Counted from the stretch's first letter, positions 43,301 to 49,721 are shown. The stretch is DNA of 64,000 nt from Candidatus Magasanikbacteria bacterium GW2011_GWC2_37_14 (GCA_000990355.1 LBSX01000007.1:441-64440), one strand, 5' to 3'. Numbers and translations: made by a program. Notes: generated from the sequence alone by a model not told the origin.

Positions 43301-43365
43301 ATCCCTAATAATAAAATTATGGAAAAGAAAATATTTTTTATAATTTTATTTTTACTCCAAAACAT
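31378..43365 (-). CDS. Giant (3995 aa) surface protein: VirB2/TrbC-like pilin N-domain, Ig-like and IPT/TIG domains, Cys-rich CGDG/CGNG repeats, TSP3 repeats
   Basis: IIRAILGLLG...YGG..YMTSAGNEEKV..A.KILINA.IG; VTILGRNFG, ITIYGSNFG; CGDG...GEECD; DIDGDGIGDACD. Confidence 0.88.
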   Translation of the reverse strand: MFWSKNKIIKNIFFSIILLLGMFLLFKTNVFAQDAFGLNRIGGSLDLPATDIRLIIAQIIRAILGLLGIIALGLMLYGGFVYMTSAGNEEKVGQARKILINAAIGIMIILSALAIAQFVINQLSDATGFGDGNGDNLSCRDLKYVLENRDECESVFCREFPTLCSCEDKHFVVQSITPKTTNTQMNNAVIRVTFSRKLQNMSSNEIKNYLTILRNNVTSTEEFSFEVLGRELADANSLIQATYIGETKCEDSTSCLPAGTYQVIVSPNIKDIDGYNLELKTSCGDFSAEAEFTVTTSAVKDSLAPILTPLVVEMVNKSGVREEIADDRLPVGSAYYFGTSESDESGAGYVGLTLNNGSFENLGERIYGYFNGPASTSDAPIDNPYNFSQRVFFPENLIVPQRISLTLRGNDIDSKFAEVTSTYMLVGAHCKDRIKNGNETGTDVGGSCGGGDGASCHDDLDCAYSFKCIDPVGAGNVNDKICRPFPLIENVEPMDGGAGNWVTILGRNFGSTKGKVSFGIDKNQDGEVSAGDWLDVNLADCGEGTNVWHDQWVIIEVPADIDLDRNFLSDIKLESAKTLTIAGESIKPSDDTAGLTTPEWGVMPGPNDGWFLKNDAIRPGLCAITPGEAESKAQVVIQGKGLGDTQSGSTMKFGGVQAIIVGAGWSDAVVRSFVPVLSAGKVGVVATVNGENSNGVPFEILSDGSVKTPIISSIDPVTTTPGSLITIYGSNFGSSGHVYLAGNSNDAKACAINYDSTKCKELTTVGLPPQCSENWQDTQVIVNIPKNIDTKFIGGKTVYKIVTESADLADIIGLNLGNSINTLAEAKVYNDTNGDYSLLNDTAIEFDIELDNLTTSSDVGFIESGDLWMKYRFLFFRNDGKEQVYINEQVKNDGIVKRYLFIHSAVFLDKSMRDYGANVALLNNSTNLYNLKIEIKDNKMNVYLSEGGNPLPIIPKIQLGLDPDLIKKESLPFRIGNIISSLDDNSRLFYGKINKLEFIHSTQVAEKTLDEVNLILKNNFNLASSGENTFGLMVGEPQPGICAIAPASGPAPLPAGKFLNLYGINFSDTPTVKFWSPNTSGGWLENSEAINAVGFAYSKSIDGEKIQTIIPYENGLTMETGAIKVQDKNNRIGNSVNYLVNDCRDSNTAMPGFQCCSEGAEAGKWKLSTLSCKGQPDSAGYVWRFTTGLIPHLPEVMEVCDQVNWSKGTVTVPFPTPVPWQNWEGGTNACLNASIAVRFNMPMKNNFVGKVTVYKCAEAKNGDIDCSDKEEVEVNGPIYNNPVLYIHDGTTNLVSNTWYHVELKDNIFSAERRETLGNFVEFNQPLKKTKPCSDGTAYCFDFKTGDGNCTLASAGIIPDNYVTHLLGVVQDFSHPQDLVNPFNPHPPAQPYFYYVWGRGSQKCSVLNVDGYGWNWQTDNESWVSSTISRGGSDPSDNKLTPRYIDSRAKIIAWSNTTPWNVKITATTNTLQNVTDDNLTTITGTSTLVVDLSDPKVISYWPNCEEACINAGIGAQFNQMMVTSTFADGLEFYMCGDELCSEDKLDEQNDLISIDESMSSYNTLRINVSDPYLVKNSWYLVRLTSEIKAIGAFKANGSIQVGNDLQAFAWKFRTKNDDTPCKAEKVEVVPNNFTSFLIGEKTKYLSLPKTKPDSCSPYGQDLNPWSFGWEWTADVTEVATISNFSTGDPLNSFCSPVCKPLGSDKKLIEVPTYCGDGEVGAGEDCDIDDPDTEAGCGYNCLHTGNNLTTTTVGINLGLCGDGFVSTALGEECDPGDMDQKNYCKSNNCTWKGSASTQPAGQVTVSWCGSGSVTLGEECDTKDTATKKGCSSNCLHIGTALSQAWCDEQAADEQTAADVPQACNNAISICGNDIVESGEECEIIDDVAKKIKVHNEGDTLFTTIQPANKVCNSSCLLQNLCNEDYDEENLDVSDLKCDTNEQWCRPDCTLRGSSPNYTQPSLCGDGETGSGEYGFCEVSLSGENLGENPVQVATAVGEGEVDPATDDQYTPINAKAISFTNANGDKVGLQTAEQKTGTGKYYLQCGYKEFETQAEYGDFAGWYNNCPGDADGAQEVNTFGVGKNSCCYYRPVRNTVYPIDGAGFEEGSEGVCLNTYLEATFNNEIDKQTVLDNIVLLKGTTSSTYNCANNNTIDRTAWANELMGIDALEQDTKLLGFLNNIWQKIKLFFVSLFTNDQAVATTITPASVVWCEGSVGVQSKVRYEEITVGNETFVNTTTIAIYINNLLEKDTEYAVILKGGNSGIKDVRGVGIRAKDGENNDQLDDVWLFKTGKDVCKINKVTVSPEKAWYKKANTSEFFDSFAESENGQIIVSLPPAYGWTWHWAPANNRVFAIPDSDNPLDATSDSVDIASRQVEGSLIAVAQAKVTHDLSLTNNQVGKIFTGRTELTAKFCERPWPEPETEDSWLPLKDNKYNFSLSYCADAGRSGTTTDDLPFMNLLPVIEKDTGTNIVVVPGQCAQNPSTSCTTDASCPPIVTATPGKCVHSPSTSCTTSADCPDYSVAQPGACSLKSNNQSTVCNVDTDCPTTDWYVLPGESSLYVSCSKYGGAYNFQYYKDKSCKFRHLVTESKYCTITGQYPPDYASTYRFCTDATGCNAGENCVPFDPIWKISGVVNTCVGAAPASLVADTCSGVGTSSVADQCTGGGEQVEEIMNPTLTDDTLRRYLLFSNINDDVIGIQIFQNPDRLSAYDWYTSPQRFPNTQNAKRVELAGFDAVQDGDNYYINALNLVTTTGHDYALWNNIYQISLNKGAQANTKKVLEQILGSLEFNINISDHKYCLNDGTLFDNQDNINDQFSCNTDFECRETNGNIKTNTSGICSNAKTKFFRDLRRLNDIAGMQNKLASYFTSNLNKVTFEGNLPGGTFIPGATLSLWPSWNNTLGAKVGTLPQDPVNAWTSCTDAGLGAEKQTCWYAPSSTVYCPVFSNIYEYNYVSSTKSYLLHSPLEFFALSSNIVEEKINTSTFTTTPWCNSETPFRAFGEKCGDGIVAPGEECEPPGKNELTAQTKIGGVLTACAGATKAARTCTNTCTWSYGACQADFTCGNGEKESAEFCDEGQLNGTYGHCAGENSVGVVACMGPHQAYCGNFHNIVYSSIDSLIDKDANNKPLELCDFTSTTPLAQNKASIRTGNWVFQGNCSETSVNVNGGLISGLGNWLNYANQYNLDKLVDINTLQSHIINFDLGLEDPLKIQCNLSSFPGLDCDGDEIINDLDNCPKNANSVMSSSCPAGQPFCLPSEMQLKKSNGPDSDGDGLGNACDYYPNCAENDVDKDEKCGTEDNCPNNYNPLQNDIDGDGIGDACDEVSVILMQALQDLNDANKTGWAKERNDICTDKIGYCALNTNFVCRTNDDCNINTQSINIDEGLSGYSNVNDFLNDVKTTSEYKGRCVPIIASYAKNKEYSCSWDCQKYGSYCGDGVLDAGQEECDDGNDVDTDKCQNNCKLKATVFCGDGLVNGSETCDDGMQCENKKPCTTDNTCAGIGKGKCLPRNGDGCSISCALESGQENYCGNGIVDENLKEACDMGAQNGLECTPEYGKGKICTWCSGDCKKVFTKETTDYCGNGKIDVIVSSTTPVFEKCDVKSDGTVVSSTYNPTTKVVGEANKSCNVNDKGNFSCENNCLDLQNNCINCAEMDRVDGGANPMIAILNPMIEQGFNWDSIYGVELVSLYRNYPNVLGYLYYFKQIKLNINENGVPTNYAYFYKSSSLITVEDVLPKGIETNLQCKDEYKVFFNENGLQTKVSGGGTANDFWKNGYGDIFDYPVNDESLRIENDVIMSPAVPTSTVRIVVKWTSEEENKLGGFVGDVIKTNSPTEWTHNRLPTTTFGTIIKNADEYWVPDGCTSLVCVHAKVHTPKIYVQSFTVDAGAGKDYVFTVSALTNFIGGPAKRSNLQVEVYTAHANQIPAYSIYKPTRTFSIRNASGTSSNARAKYWYVFKIRGNNTAPIIAPVDVDHADGVIRTDECDVKVSADVLESCPTT

Positions 43366-43377
43366 AAAAAACTATTC

Positions 43378-45549
43378 TTATTTGAAAATAACTGTTTGAG
43401 AAATATCTTCGGTTTTTAAAGCCGACAAACATTTAGCAACTGTGGAGGTAACTTGTAAATCAGTATCGGTTGTTTGTACACAACCAGTATCTTTGGCACT
43501 CGCTGTTTCTACACCTACACAATTTTCTGTTGACAGAATACTACCATCATCTTCGTTGTAAGTAACTATACAAGCAGTTGATTGTCCTTGTGCCCCTTGT
43601 ACCACCGGGCCTCTTCCTGGATAAACACAATTTTGTACCAAATTTTTTATTGTACTAGGGATAGAAGGAAAATAATACAAATCTGCATTGTTTGGCCCAA
43701 AAATTCGGTGGTCCAGTTTGGTAACAGTTTTTCCAGCAAAAGTTTCGGAAATTGGACAAAACCAAATTGGCTCTACACCATTTACCGCAACCGGATATTC
43801 GTCTAATTTTATTCCATAAACAGAGTCTAGCCACATCCGACTATTAAAATGTATTTTTAAAGGTGCATTGTCAGTTACATTCTCCTCATCAATATCTGGT
43901 TCCACAGTTTGGATATAAGGTGAGGTACGATCTATTTTATTTATAATATTAAAATTCCAATAAAAATTATCTGGATTTCTTTCATTATCATTAATTAAAA
44001 GTGGATTACTAATTGTCGGTTTATGCGGTGTAGCTAATCTACCTTGGTTATTGTCATCCAAAGCATTACTCGCCATATCCATTGCACCCGAAAAAGGCAT
44101 ACCCTCAAATGGTAATTGTGCCCCTGGCATTAAATCTGCCGTACGTACCAGTGCCTTAAAGGGTTTGGTACAATTTTCTGCGTTAGAGGGGCAATCCAAT
44201 GGCAAACAATACATAGTTTCGCCACAACTATTTTGTCCACAAGCCAAACTTGAAACAAATTCCAAAGTACGGTAACGATTGGATAATTTCCAATTACCCA
44301 AAGTAGTAGTTGGAGTAACTCCAAAATTAGTATTTAAAATAACATTGGCAAAACTAGTGGGGTCAGCAATTATTTGTCCTTGCACACCAGTAGGATCCAT
44401 GGCCTCACTAAAATTTATTTGGATAATAGAATTACGTGCCGGTGTATCTTTGCCTGTTTCATTGCCAGTGGGATAAGTATCTACTACATATGGTGGAGTA
44501 AAATCTATTTGAGTATTGGTCTGAAAATTCCATTCATAATCCTTACGGCCAATATTCTTGGAAAACACTCCAGGTGTATCTCCTGGGGCTGGTTCTTTGT
44601 ATAAAATATTATTGGTTAAACGCACACTATACCAAACATCAGTGGTTTCACTGCCAATAAAATCATAAGGTTTAAAAACAAAAGTACGAGTATTTTTTTG
44701 TGCACCATCTTCATAAATAGTAAGAGCACTAGCCGTTACCAATTGCCCACCATTGGCAGTAATACTACCAAGATTGGCAAAATAAGTGTCAGTTGCCATA
44801 AAAATACCAATTGTACTAGTATTCATGGCGTCACATTCTGTAAGCCTGTTAATTTTATTATCTTTATTAACATCCAAGCAATCACCATAATAAGGAATAG
44901 CAGGAACCGCTCCACCAAACTCACAAGTAGTGGTAGGTTTATTATCTCCACCCCAACAACTACTATTCGTATTTACAATAATCGAAGCTGGATCAATTGG
45001 CTCAAAAAAAGTAACAACTATTGAGGTATTGCGTGGCACAGCTGTTTGATCACGGAAAGGATAATGGTCTTTTACCACTTGGCCCAAAGCGCCACTACCA
45101 GCAAAAGTGTTAATAATTGGCACCCCAGCAGCACCACGCCCGTTGTTTTGATTGCCGTCCGAAAGCATGTTAATTATAAATTGAGCAATAGCAAAAGCCG
45201 ACAAAATTATTGCCAAGCCAATCACGGCATTGATCATAATTTTTTTGCCTTTTGACACTTCTTCTTCGTTGCCACCCGAAGTCATAATCACATAACCAGC
45301 ATACATCATTATTACCAAAGCAATAGTTCCCAGCAATCCAAAAATTGCTCGAATGATTTGAGCAATAATTATACGAATATCAGTTTTTACCAAACCAATA
45401 CTATTTTCTACTGGTTGCAAACCAAACAAGTCATTGTTTTGTGCCTGCGCTGGCAAAACTTGCCAAAACAAAAAAGCCACCACAAAAACTAACAGCCCAA
45501 GGATGGCGGCTTTTAACCAAGAATGATTTTTATTTATCCAAGGCAGCAT
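43378..45549 (-). CDS. Pilin-domain protein with Ig-like (Big_5-like) domains
   Basis: Pilin segment highly similar to that of the giant; PRNTSIVVTFFEPID, ARNSIIQINFSEAMDP. Confidence 0.85.
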   Translation of the reverse strand: MLPWINKNHSWLKAAILGLLVFVVAFLFWQVLPAQAQNNDLFGLQPVENSIGLVKTDIRIIIAQIIRAIFGLLGTIALVIMMYAGYVIMTSGGNEEEVSKGKKIMINAVIGLAIILSAFAIAQFIINMLSDGNQNNGRGAAGVPIINTFAGSGALGQVVKDHYPFRDQTAVPRNTSIVVTFFEPIDPASIIVNTNSSCWGGDNKPTTTCEFGGAVPAIPYYGDCLDVNKDNKINRLTECDAMNTSTIGIFMATDTYFANLGSITANGGQLVTASALTIYEDGAQKNTRTFVFKPYDFIGSETTDVWYSVRLTNNILYKEPAPGDTPGVFSKNIGRKDYEWNFQTNTQIDFTPPYVVDTYPTGNETGKDTPARNSIIQINFSEAMDPTGVQGQIIADPTSFANVILNTNFGVTPTTTLGNWKLSNRYRTLEFVSSLACGQNSCGETMYCLPLDCPSNAENCTKPFKALVRTADLMPGAQLPFEGMPFSGAMDMASNALDDNNQGRLATPHKPTISNPLLINDNERNPDNFYWNFNIINKIDRTSPYIQTVEPDIDEENVTDNAPLKIHFNSRMWLDSVYGIKLDEYPVAVNGVEPIWFCPISETFAGKTVTKLDHRIFGPNNADLYYFPSIPSTIKNLVQNCVYPGRGPVVQGAQGQSTACIVTYNEDDGSILSTENCVGVETASAKDTGCVQTTDTDLQVTSTVAKCLSALKTEDISQTVIFK

Positions 45550-45574
45550 GGAACCTTAGATTAAACATTAAAAC

Positions 45575-46027
45575 TTATTTTTGTAAGAATTTACTCACAA
45601 CTTCGCGTACAATATTACCATCGGCCTTACCTTTTAATTCTTTCATTACCAAGCCCATGGTTTTTCCGACATCGGGAGCGCTGAATAAATTTTCACGCTC
45701 CAAAATTTTCTTTACCAAAATTTCAATTTCTTCTTTACTTAATTGCTTTGGTAAATAAACTTGCAAATAAGCAATTTCTTTTTCTACTTGTAATACCAAA
45801 TCTTCGCGTCCGCCTCTTTTAAAATCAGCCAATGAATCTTGCAATTGTTTTACTTGACGTAAAAGCACTGCCTGAATTTCGCTATCATCCAAAGGTTGCT
45901 GTTTTTCTATTTCAGCATTTTTTAATGCCGAAGATAAAATACGCAAAATTGACAAACGACCTTCATCCTTTTCTTTCATGGATTGCAACTGATCAGCGGA
46001 AATTTTCGTTCTGAGTTCCGATGACAT
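45575..46027 (-). CDS. GatB/YqeY domain protein
   Basis: MKEKD..RLSILR, E...LQVYLPKQLS, GKTMG..MKELKGKADG. Confidence 0.92.
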   Translation of the reverse strand: MSSELRTKISADQLQSMKEKDEGRLSILRILSSALKNAEIEKQQPLDDSEIQAVLLRQVKQLQDSLADFKRGGREDLVLQVEKEIAYLQVYLPKQLSKEEIEILVKKILERENLFSAPDVGKTMGLVMKELKGKADGNIVREVVSKFLQK

Positions 46028-46036
46028 AATTGTAGT

Positions 46037-46279
46037 TTAATATTTTTTTTGTTCTAATGGATCTTCGCGTAAACGACCAGTTTTGCGCAAGTATTCGGTT
46101 TTGGCAACCTTTTTAATATACTTCACGCGATTTTTATTTTGTTCGTTCTTACTTTTCTTTTCTTCAAAGAACTGGATTTTTCTAGCCTGTAATAATTTTC
46201 CAGACTGTTGCCAGCGTCTTTTTACTCTACGTAAAAAAGCATCGAAAGATTCTCCTTTTTTTCTTTTAATTTCTGACAC
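46037..46279 (-). CDS. rpsU: 30S ribosomal protein bS21
   Basis: KRKKGESFDAFLRR, adjacent to yqeY; GTG start reassigned to 46279, 8 nt after GGAGG. Confidence 0.85.
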   Translation of the reverse strand: MSEIKRKKGESFDAFLRRVKRRWQQSGKLLQARKIQFFEEKKSKNEQNKNRVKYIKKVAKTEYLRKTGRLREDPLEQKKY

Positions 46280-46284
46280 AATAT

Positions 46285-46298
46285 TCACCTCCCCCCCC
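46285..46298 (-). promoter_or_regulatory. Extended Shine-Dalgarno of rpsU
   Basis: GGGGGGGGAGGTGA upstream of GTG. Confidence 0.75.
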
Positions 46299-46352
46299 TA
46301 TTAAAAATTAATTAACTTATTAAACCTATATTACACTAAATCTACGCAAAAG

Positions 46353-47771
46353 TCAAACTTTTGGCTGGAGCTTTTTTTCAAGCGCATTTTTTAGTTTTTT
46401 CTGGTCCACAATTTCTTGAATTCCCGATTCCATATCGCGGATAATTGCCGTGCCATCTTGGACTTCTTTTTGCCCCAAAATTAAACTATAACGCACTTTT
46501 AATTTGTCGGCCATTTCCATTTGTCCTTTTAAAGAAGACTTGCCAAAACTATGAGCTACTACAATACCAGACTTTCTTAAAACTTCTAATAAACGCAAAG
46601 CCCGACGGCGCGCTTGTTCACCAAGCTGAGCAAAAAATACGGACGGGAATACTTCTTTTATTTTACAAGTTCCTTCATCGGTTTGTTTGCGCAAAACACT
46701 TATTACCCTTTCTAGGCCAATAGAAAAACCGGCACCTGGCGTTGGCCGTCCACCCAATTGTTCTACCAAACCATTGTAGCGGCCACCACCACACAAAGCC
46801 GATTGAGCACCTTCACTGTCTTCTTCCAAATAAATTTCAAAAACAGTATCGGTGTAATAATCCAAACCTCGTACCAAAGTATTTTGCAGAACATAGGGCA
46901 CATTTATTTCATCTAAATATTCCAAAACTTTCATAAAATAAGACTTGGAACTTTCGGAAAGCCATTCAATAATTTGTGGTGCTTCATTTAAAACTTCTTT
47001 ACATTCTAAATTTTTGCAATCCAAAACGCGCAAAGGATTTTTTACCAAACGTTTTTTGCAATCTTCACAAAGATAACTGCGTTTGGTGCGCAAATAACCA
47101 GTTAATTCTATTAAATAATTTTGACGATCTTCGGGAGTGCCCAAGCTATTTAAATGCACATTTACTTTCAAACCCAAATCTTCTAAAAAATGATAAGCCA
47201 CGGCAATAAGTTCGGCATCTACCACCGGATCGTGTACGCCAAAAGATTCACAACCAAATTGGGTAAACTGGCGATAACGTCCTGCTTGAGGACGATCATG
47301 ACGAAACATTGGTCCATAGTACCAAAATTTTACTGGTTGCGGTAAACTTTGCATGCCATGAACAATAAAAGCTCGGGCGCAAGAAGCAGTGGCTTCGGGG
47401 CGCAAACAAATTTTGCCACCATCCAAGTCTTCAAAAGAATACATTTCTTTGTCTACTACATCGGTGCCCCGTCCCAAAGAACGAACAAAAAGAGCTGTTT
47501 CTTCCAAAATTGGGGTGTTGATCAATCCAAAACCATAGGCTTCGGCTAAATTTTCGGCTGTGTGGTGCAAAGTCTTCCAAAAAAATTCTTCTTTTGGCAA
47601 CAAATCCTTCATACCCCGAAGTAAGGCTGGAGTGCGCACCGAACCTTTTGTAGAAATTGTATTCTCTTCTCCGTCATTTTTGGCAGGAGTATTTTTTTCT
47701 TTTTTAACTAATTTTTTTTCTGAAAGATTTTTTTTCTTAGCAATTTTTTTATTATTTTTTTTAAGAATCAT
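46353..47771 (-). CDS. hisS: Histidine--tRNA ligase
   Basis: RGMKD, LRPEATA, FRHDRPQAGRYRQF, LVRGLDYYT, GGGRY. Confidence 0.97.
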   Translation of the reverse strand: MILKKNNKKIAKKKNLSEKKLVKKEKNTPAKNDGEENTISTKGSVRTPALLRGMKDLLPKEEFFWKTLHHTAENLAEAYGFGLINTPILEETALFVRSLGRGTDVVDKEMYSFEDLDGGKICLRPEATASCARAFIVHGMQSLPQPVKFWYYGPMFRHDRPQAGRYRQFTQFGCESFGVHDPVVDAELIAVAYHFLEDLGLKVNVHLNSLGTPEDRQNYLIELTGYLRTKRSYLCEDCKKRLVKNPLRVLDCKNLECKEVLNEAPQIIEWLSESSKSYFMKVLEYLDEINVPYVLQNTLVRGLDYYTDTVFEIYLEEDSEGAQSALCGGGRYNGLVEQLGGRPTPGAGFSIGLERVISVLRKQTDEGTCKIKEVFPSVFFAQLGEQARRRALRLLEVLRKSGIVVAHSFGKSSLKGQMEMADKLKVRYSLILGQKEVQDGTAIIRDMESGIQEIVDQKKLKNALEKKLQPKV

Positions 47772-47776
47772 AAAGA

Positions 47777-48406
47777 TTATAAATTATAATTAGGAATAGA
47801 AAATTTAGTTATTTTATTTAATGGCCAGCCACGCAACCAAGCTCGACCAACAATTTCTTCTTTTTTAACTGGTCCAAAACGCCGAGAATCATAACTAGCA
47901 CCACGGTTATCTCCCAAAACAAAGTATTCATCGGCACCCAAAGTTTGCACCAAAGAACCAGTAGTCTTTTGATCCAAATAAATTTCTTCAACCAAAACTC
48001 CTTCGGGATGAGTTTCATTATAAATAATAATTTTATTGTTATCTATTTTTACTCGTTCGCCGGGCAAACCCACGACTCTTTTTAAATAATAATCACTATT
48101 GGATGGTGAATGAAGCACAATTACTTCACCTCTTTCGGGTGGACGAAAACGATAAGATAGTTCGTCAATTATTAAATAATCATTTTCATGAAAATTTGGC
48201 TCCATGGATTGCCCTTTTACATAAAAAGGTTTGAACAAAAAATAACGCACCAAACCAATGGTAATGACTGCCAAAATCGCCATTTTTAAAAAATCAAAAA
48301 AAATAGCACTAAACTTTTGTAAAAAAGTTTGCTCTTGATGGCTAACCACAGCCGAATTTATTAACTTTTCTGCTGATTCTTCTATTTTATCCTCTTCTTG
48401 GTTCAT
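47777..48406 (-). CDS. lepB: Signal peptidase I
   Basis: GQSMEPNF, YLKRVVGLPGE, GDNR..SYDSR. Confidence 0.96.
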   Translation of the reverse strand: MNQEEDKIEESAEKLINSAVVSHQEQTFLQKFSAIFFDFLKMAILAVITIGLVRYFLFKPFYVKGQSMEPNFHENDYLIIDELSYRFRPPERGEVIVLHSPSNSDYYLKRVVGLPGERVKIDNNKIIIYNETHPEGVLVEEIYLDQKTTGSLVQTLGADEYFVLGDNRGASYDSRRFGPVKKEEIVGRAWLRGWPLNKITKFSIPNYNL

Positions 48407-48464
48407 AAATATTTATTAGTACTAAATTATAACGCAAAAAACCGAAAAAAGCAAATAAAAAAAA

Positions 48465-48731
48465 TCAATTAGAAATTGTCTGTTTAATAAAATTTTCAAC
48501 ACTCAGTTCAGTCAATTTTACTTTAATTTTTTTTATTTTGTATTCTATCTGTCTAGCTTGTTTTATATCTTCAAATTCCCAAAATCTTTTTATTTTCCAG
48601 GGGCCTTTACCACAGGTAGATTTCGTTAACCCTTGATTATGTTCCTTTTCTCTGCTAAAAATATCAACAGTACTACCTAAATAAGGCCGCAAACAATTCG
48701 GACTTTCCAATAAATAAATATAACCTTTCAT
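48465..48731 (-). CDS. Stand-alone GIY-YIG nuclease
   Basis: YIYLL...YLGST.D...R..EHN.G...T...GPW.....E......AR..E..IK. Confidence 0.9.
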   Translation of the reverse strand: MKGYIYLLESPNCLRPYLGSTVDIFSREKEHNQGLTKSTCGKGPWKIKRFWEFEDIKQARQIEYKIKKIKVKLTELSVENFIKQTISN

Positions 48732-48732
48732 G

Positions 48733-48806
48733 TGCGCGCGCCTGGAATCGAACCAGGGACCTCGTCATTATCAGTGACGCGCTCTAACCATCTGAGCTAC
48801 GCGCGC
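48733..48806 (-). tRNA. tRNA-Ile(GAT)
   Basis: GCGCGCGTAGCTCAGATGGTTAGAGCGCGTCACTGATAATGACGAGGTCCCTGGTTCGATTCCAGGCGCGCGCA. Confidence 0.97.
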
Positions 48807-48820
48807 ATAATTTAATATAG

Positions 48821-48879
48821 TCGAACCTCCGACCTTCCCGACACTATCGGGACGCTCTAACCATCTGAGCTAGCCGCCC
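48821..48879 (-). pseudogene. Truncated tRNA-like element with anticodon arm replaced by a TCCCGA...TCGGGA palindrome
   Basis: GGGCGGCTAGCTCAGATGGTTAGAGCG-TCCCGATAGTGTCGGGA-AGGTCGGAGGTTCGA, then no 3' T-stem or acceptor strand. Confidence 0.85.
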
Positions 48880-48892
48880 TTTTAATTTACTG

Positions 48893-48966
48893 TAGGCGTA
48901 TCCCGAATTGAACGGGAGACCTTTGCAATGTCAATGCAACGCTCTAACCAGCTGAGCTATACGCCC
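48893..48966 (-). tRNA. tRNA-Val(GAC)
   Basis: GGGCGTATAGCTCAGCTGGTTAGAGCGTTGCATTGACATTGCAAAGGTCTCCCGTTCAATTCGGGATACGCCTA. Confidence 0.95.
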
Positions 48967-49160
48967 TTGGTTAAACAACTGCCTGCCCGCCGTGTTTGCT
49001 GGTGCCACGGCGCCGAATGGCTTGCGGTATGAACCGAGAGGCGGGAGCATGAGTCCGATTATAGCAGAACTTTTTAATAAAATCAAGTGTACCAGAGTGA
49101 ATAAAAAAAATCAAGAAATCTTCCTACAAAAACACCCGCTTTTTACAGCAGGTGTTTTTC

Positions 49161-49307
49161 GTGATCCTCGGCCCAGGGTAGTGTCTATTCATACCCCTGA
49201 CGAAGCAGGTGGGTGATCGCACCTCTGGCCCACAGGCCAAAGAAATATTGATCTCCCTAGTATAAATATTTGCGGATATGAAATTCACTACCCAGCTCTA
49301 GGATCAC
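49161..49307 (-). ncRNA. Putative rod-shaped ncRNA (6S-like or unknown)
   Basis: Own promoter TTGACA-17-TATAAT (about 49312-49340), ends pair over about 25 bp, terminator at 49130-49159. Confidence 0.6.
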
Positions 49308-49520
49308 TTATATTATATAAAATCAAAATACCGCTGTCAAGCTGAATTTTAAAAGTGCTTGCCCTATACCCTTGTGGTATAGGGTCAAATAATTTTCCGC
49401 CCGTAATAATTATTAATTCTAGTTACTAATTATTACGTGCGGGGGTAATGCATCACCTCCTTGACCCCTACACTTTTGCGAACGCGAATTCTTGCTCGGA
49501 CACCCGCCCTTGATGGACGA

Positions 49521-49721
49521 TTACTCTTCGCCGCGCCGCTCCTCGAAGAACAGTGCGATGGCGTTGTGGTCGCCCCTCCGCGTAAGACGACGGAGAAGAT
49601 CCCTCGAAGCGTCGGCAGGCACGTAGGCCACCAGAACCCCCTCCTGGGCCACGTTGTGCTGGCCCTGAACCACTGCGTCACCCGCAACCGTCGTCGTCAT
49701 CGTCCCCTCCTCATCGGCCAT
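49521..49721 (-). CDS. GC-rich small hypothetical protein, 66 aa
   Basis: AGGAGG SD then ATG (MADEEGTMTTTVAGDAVV...), G/C-ending codons. Confidence 0.6.
   Translation of the reverse strand: MADEEGTMTTTVAGDAVVQGQHNVAQEGVLVAYVPADASRDLLRRLTRRGDHNAIALFFEERRGEE

Noticed and set aside
48992-49216. 74-aa plus-strand ORF
   Set aside because: It crosses a promoter, a terminator and the putative ncRNA on the opposite strand; no coding signal.
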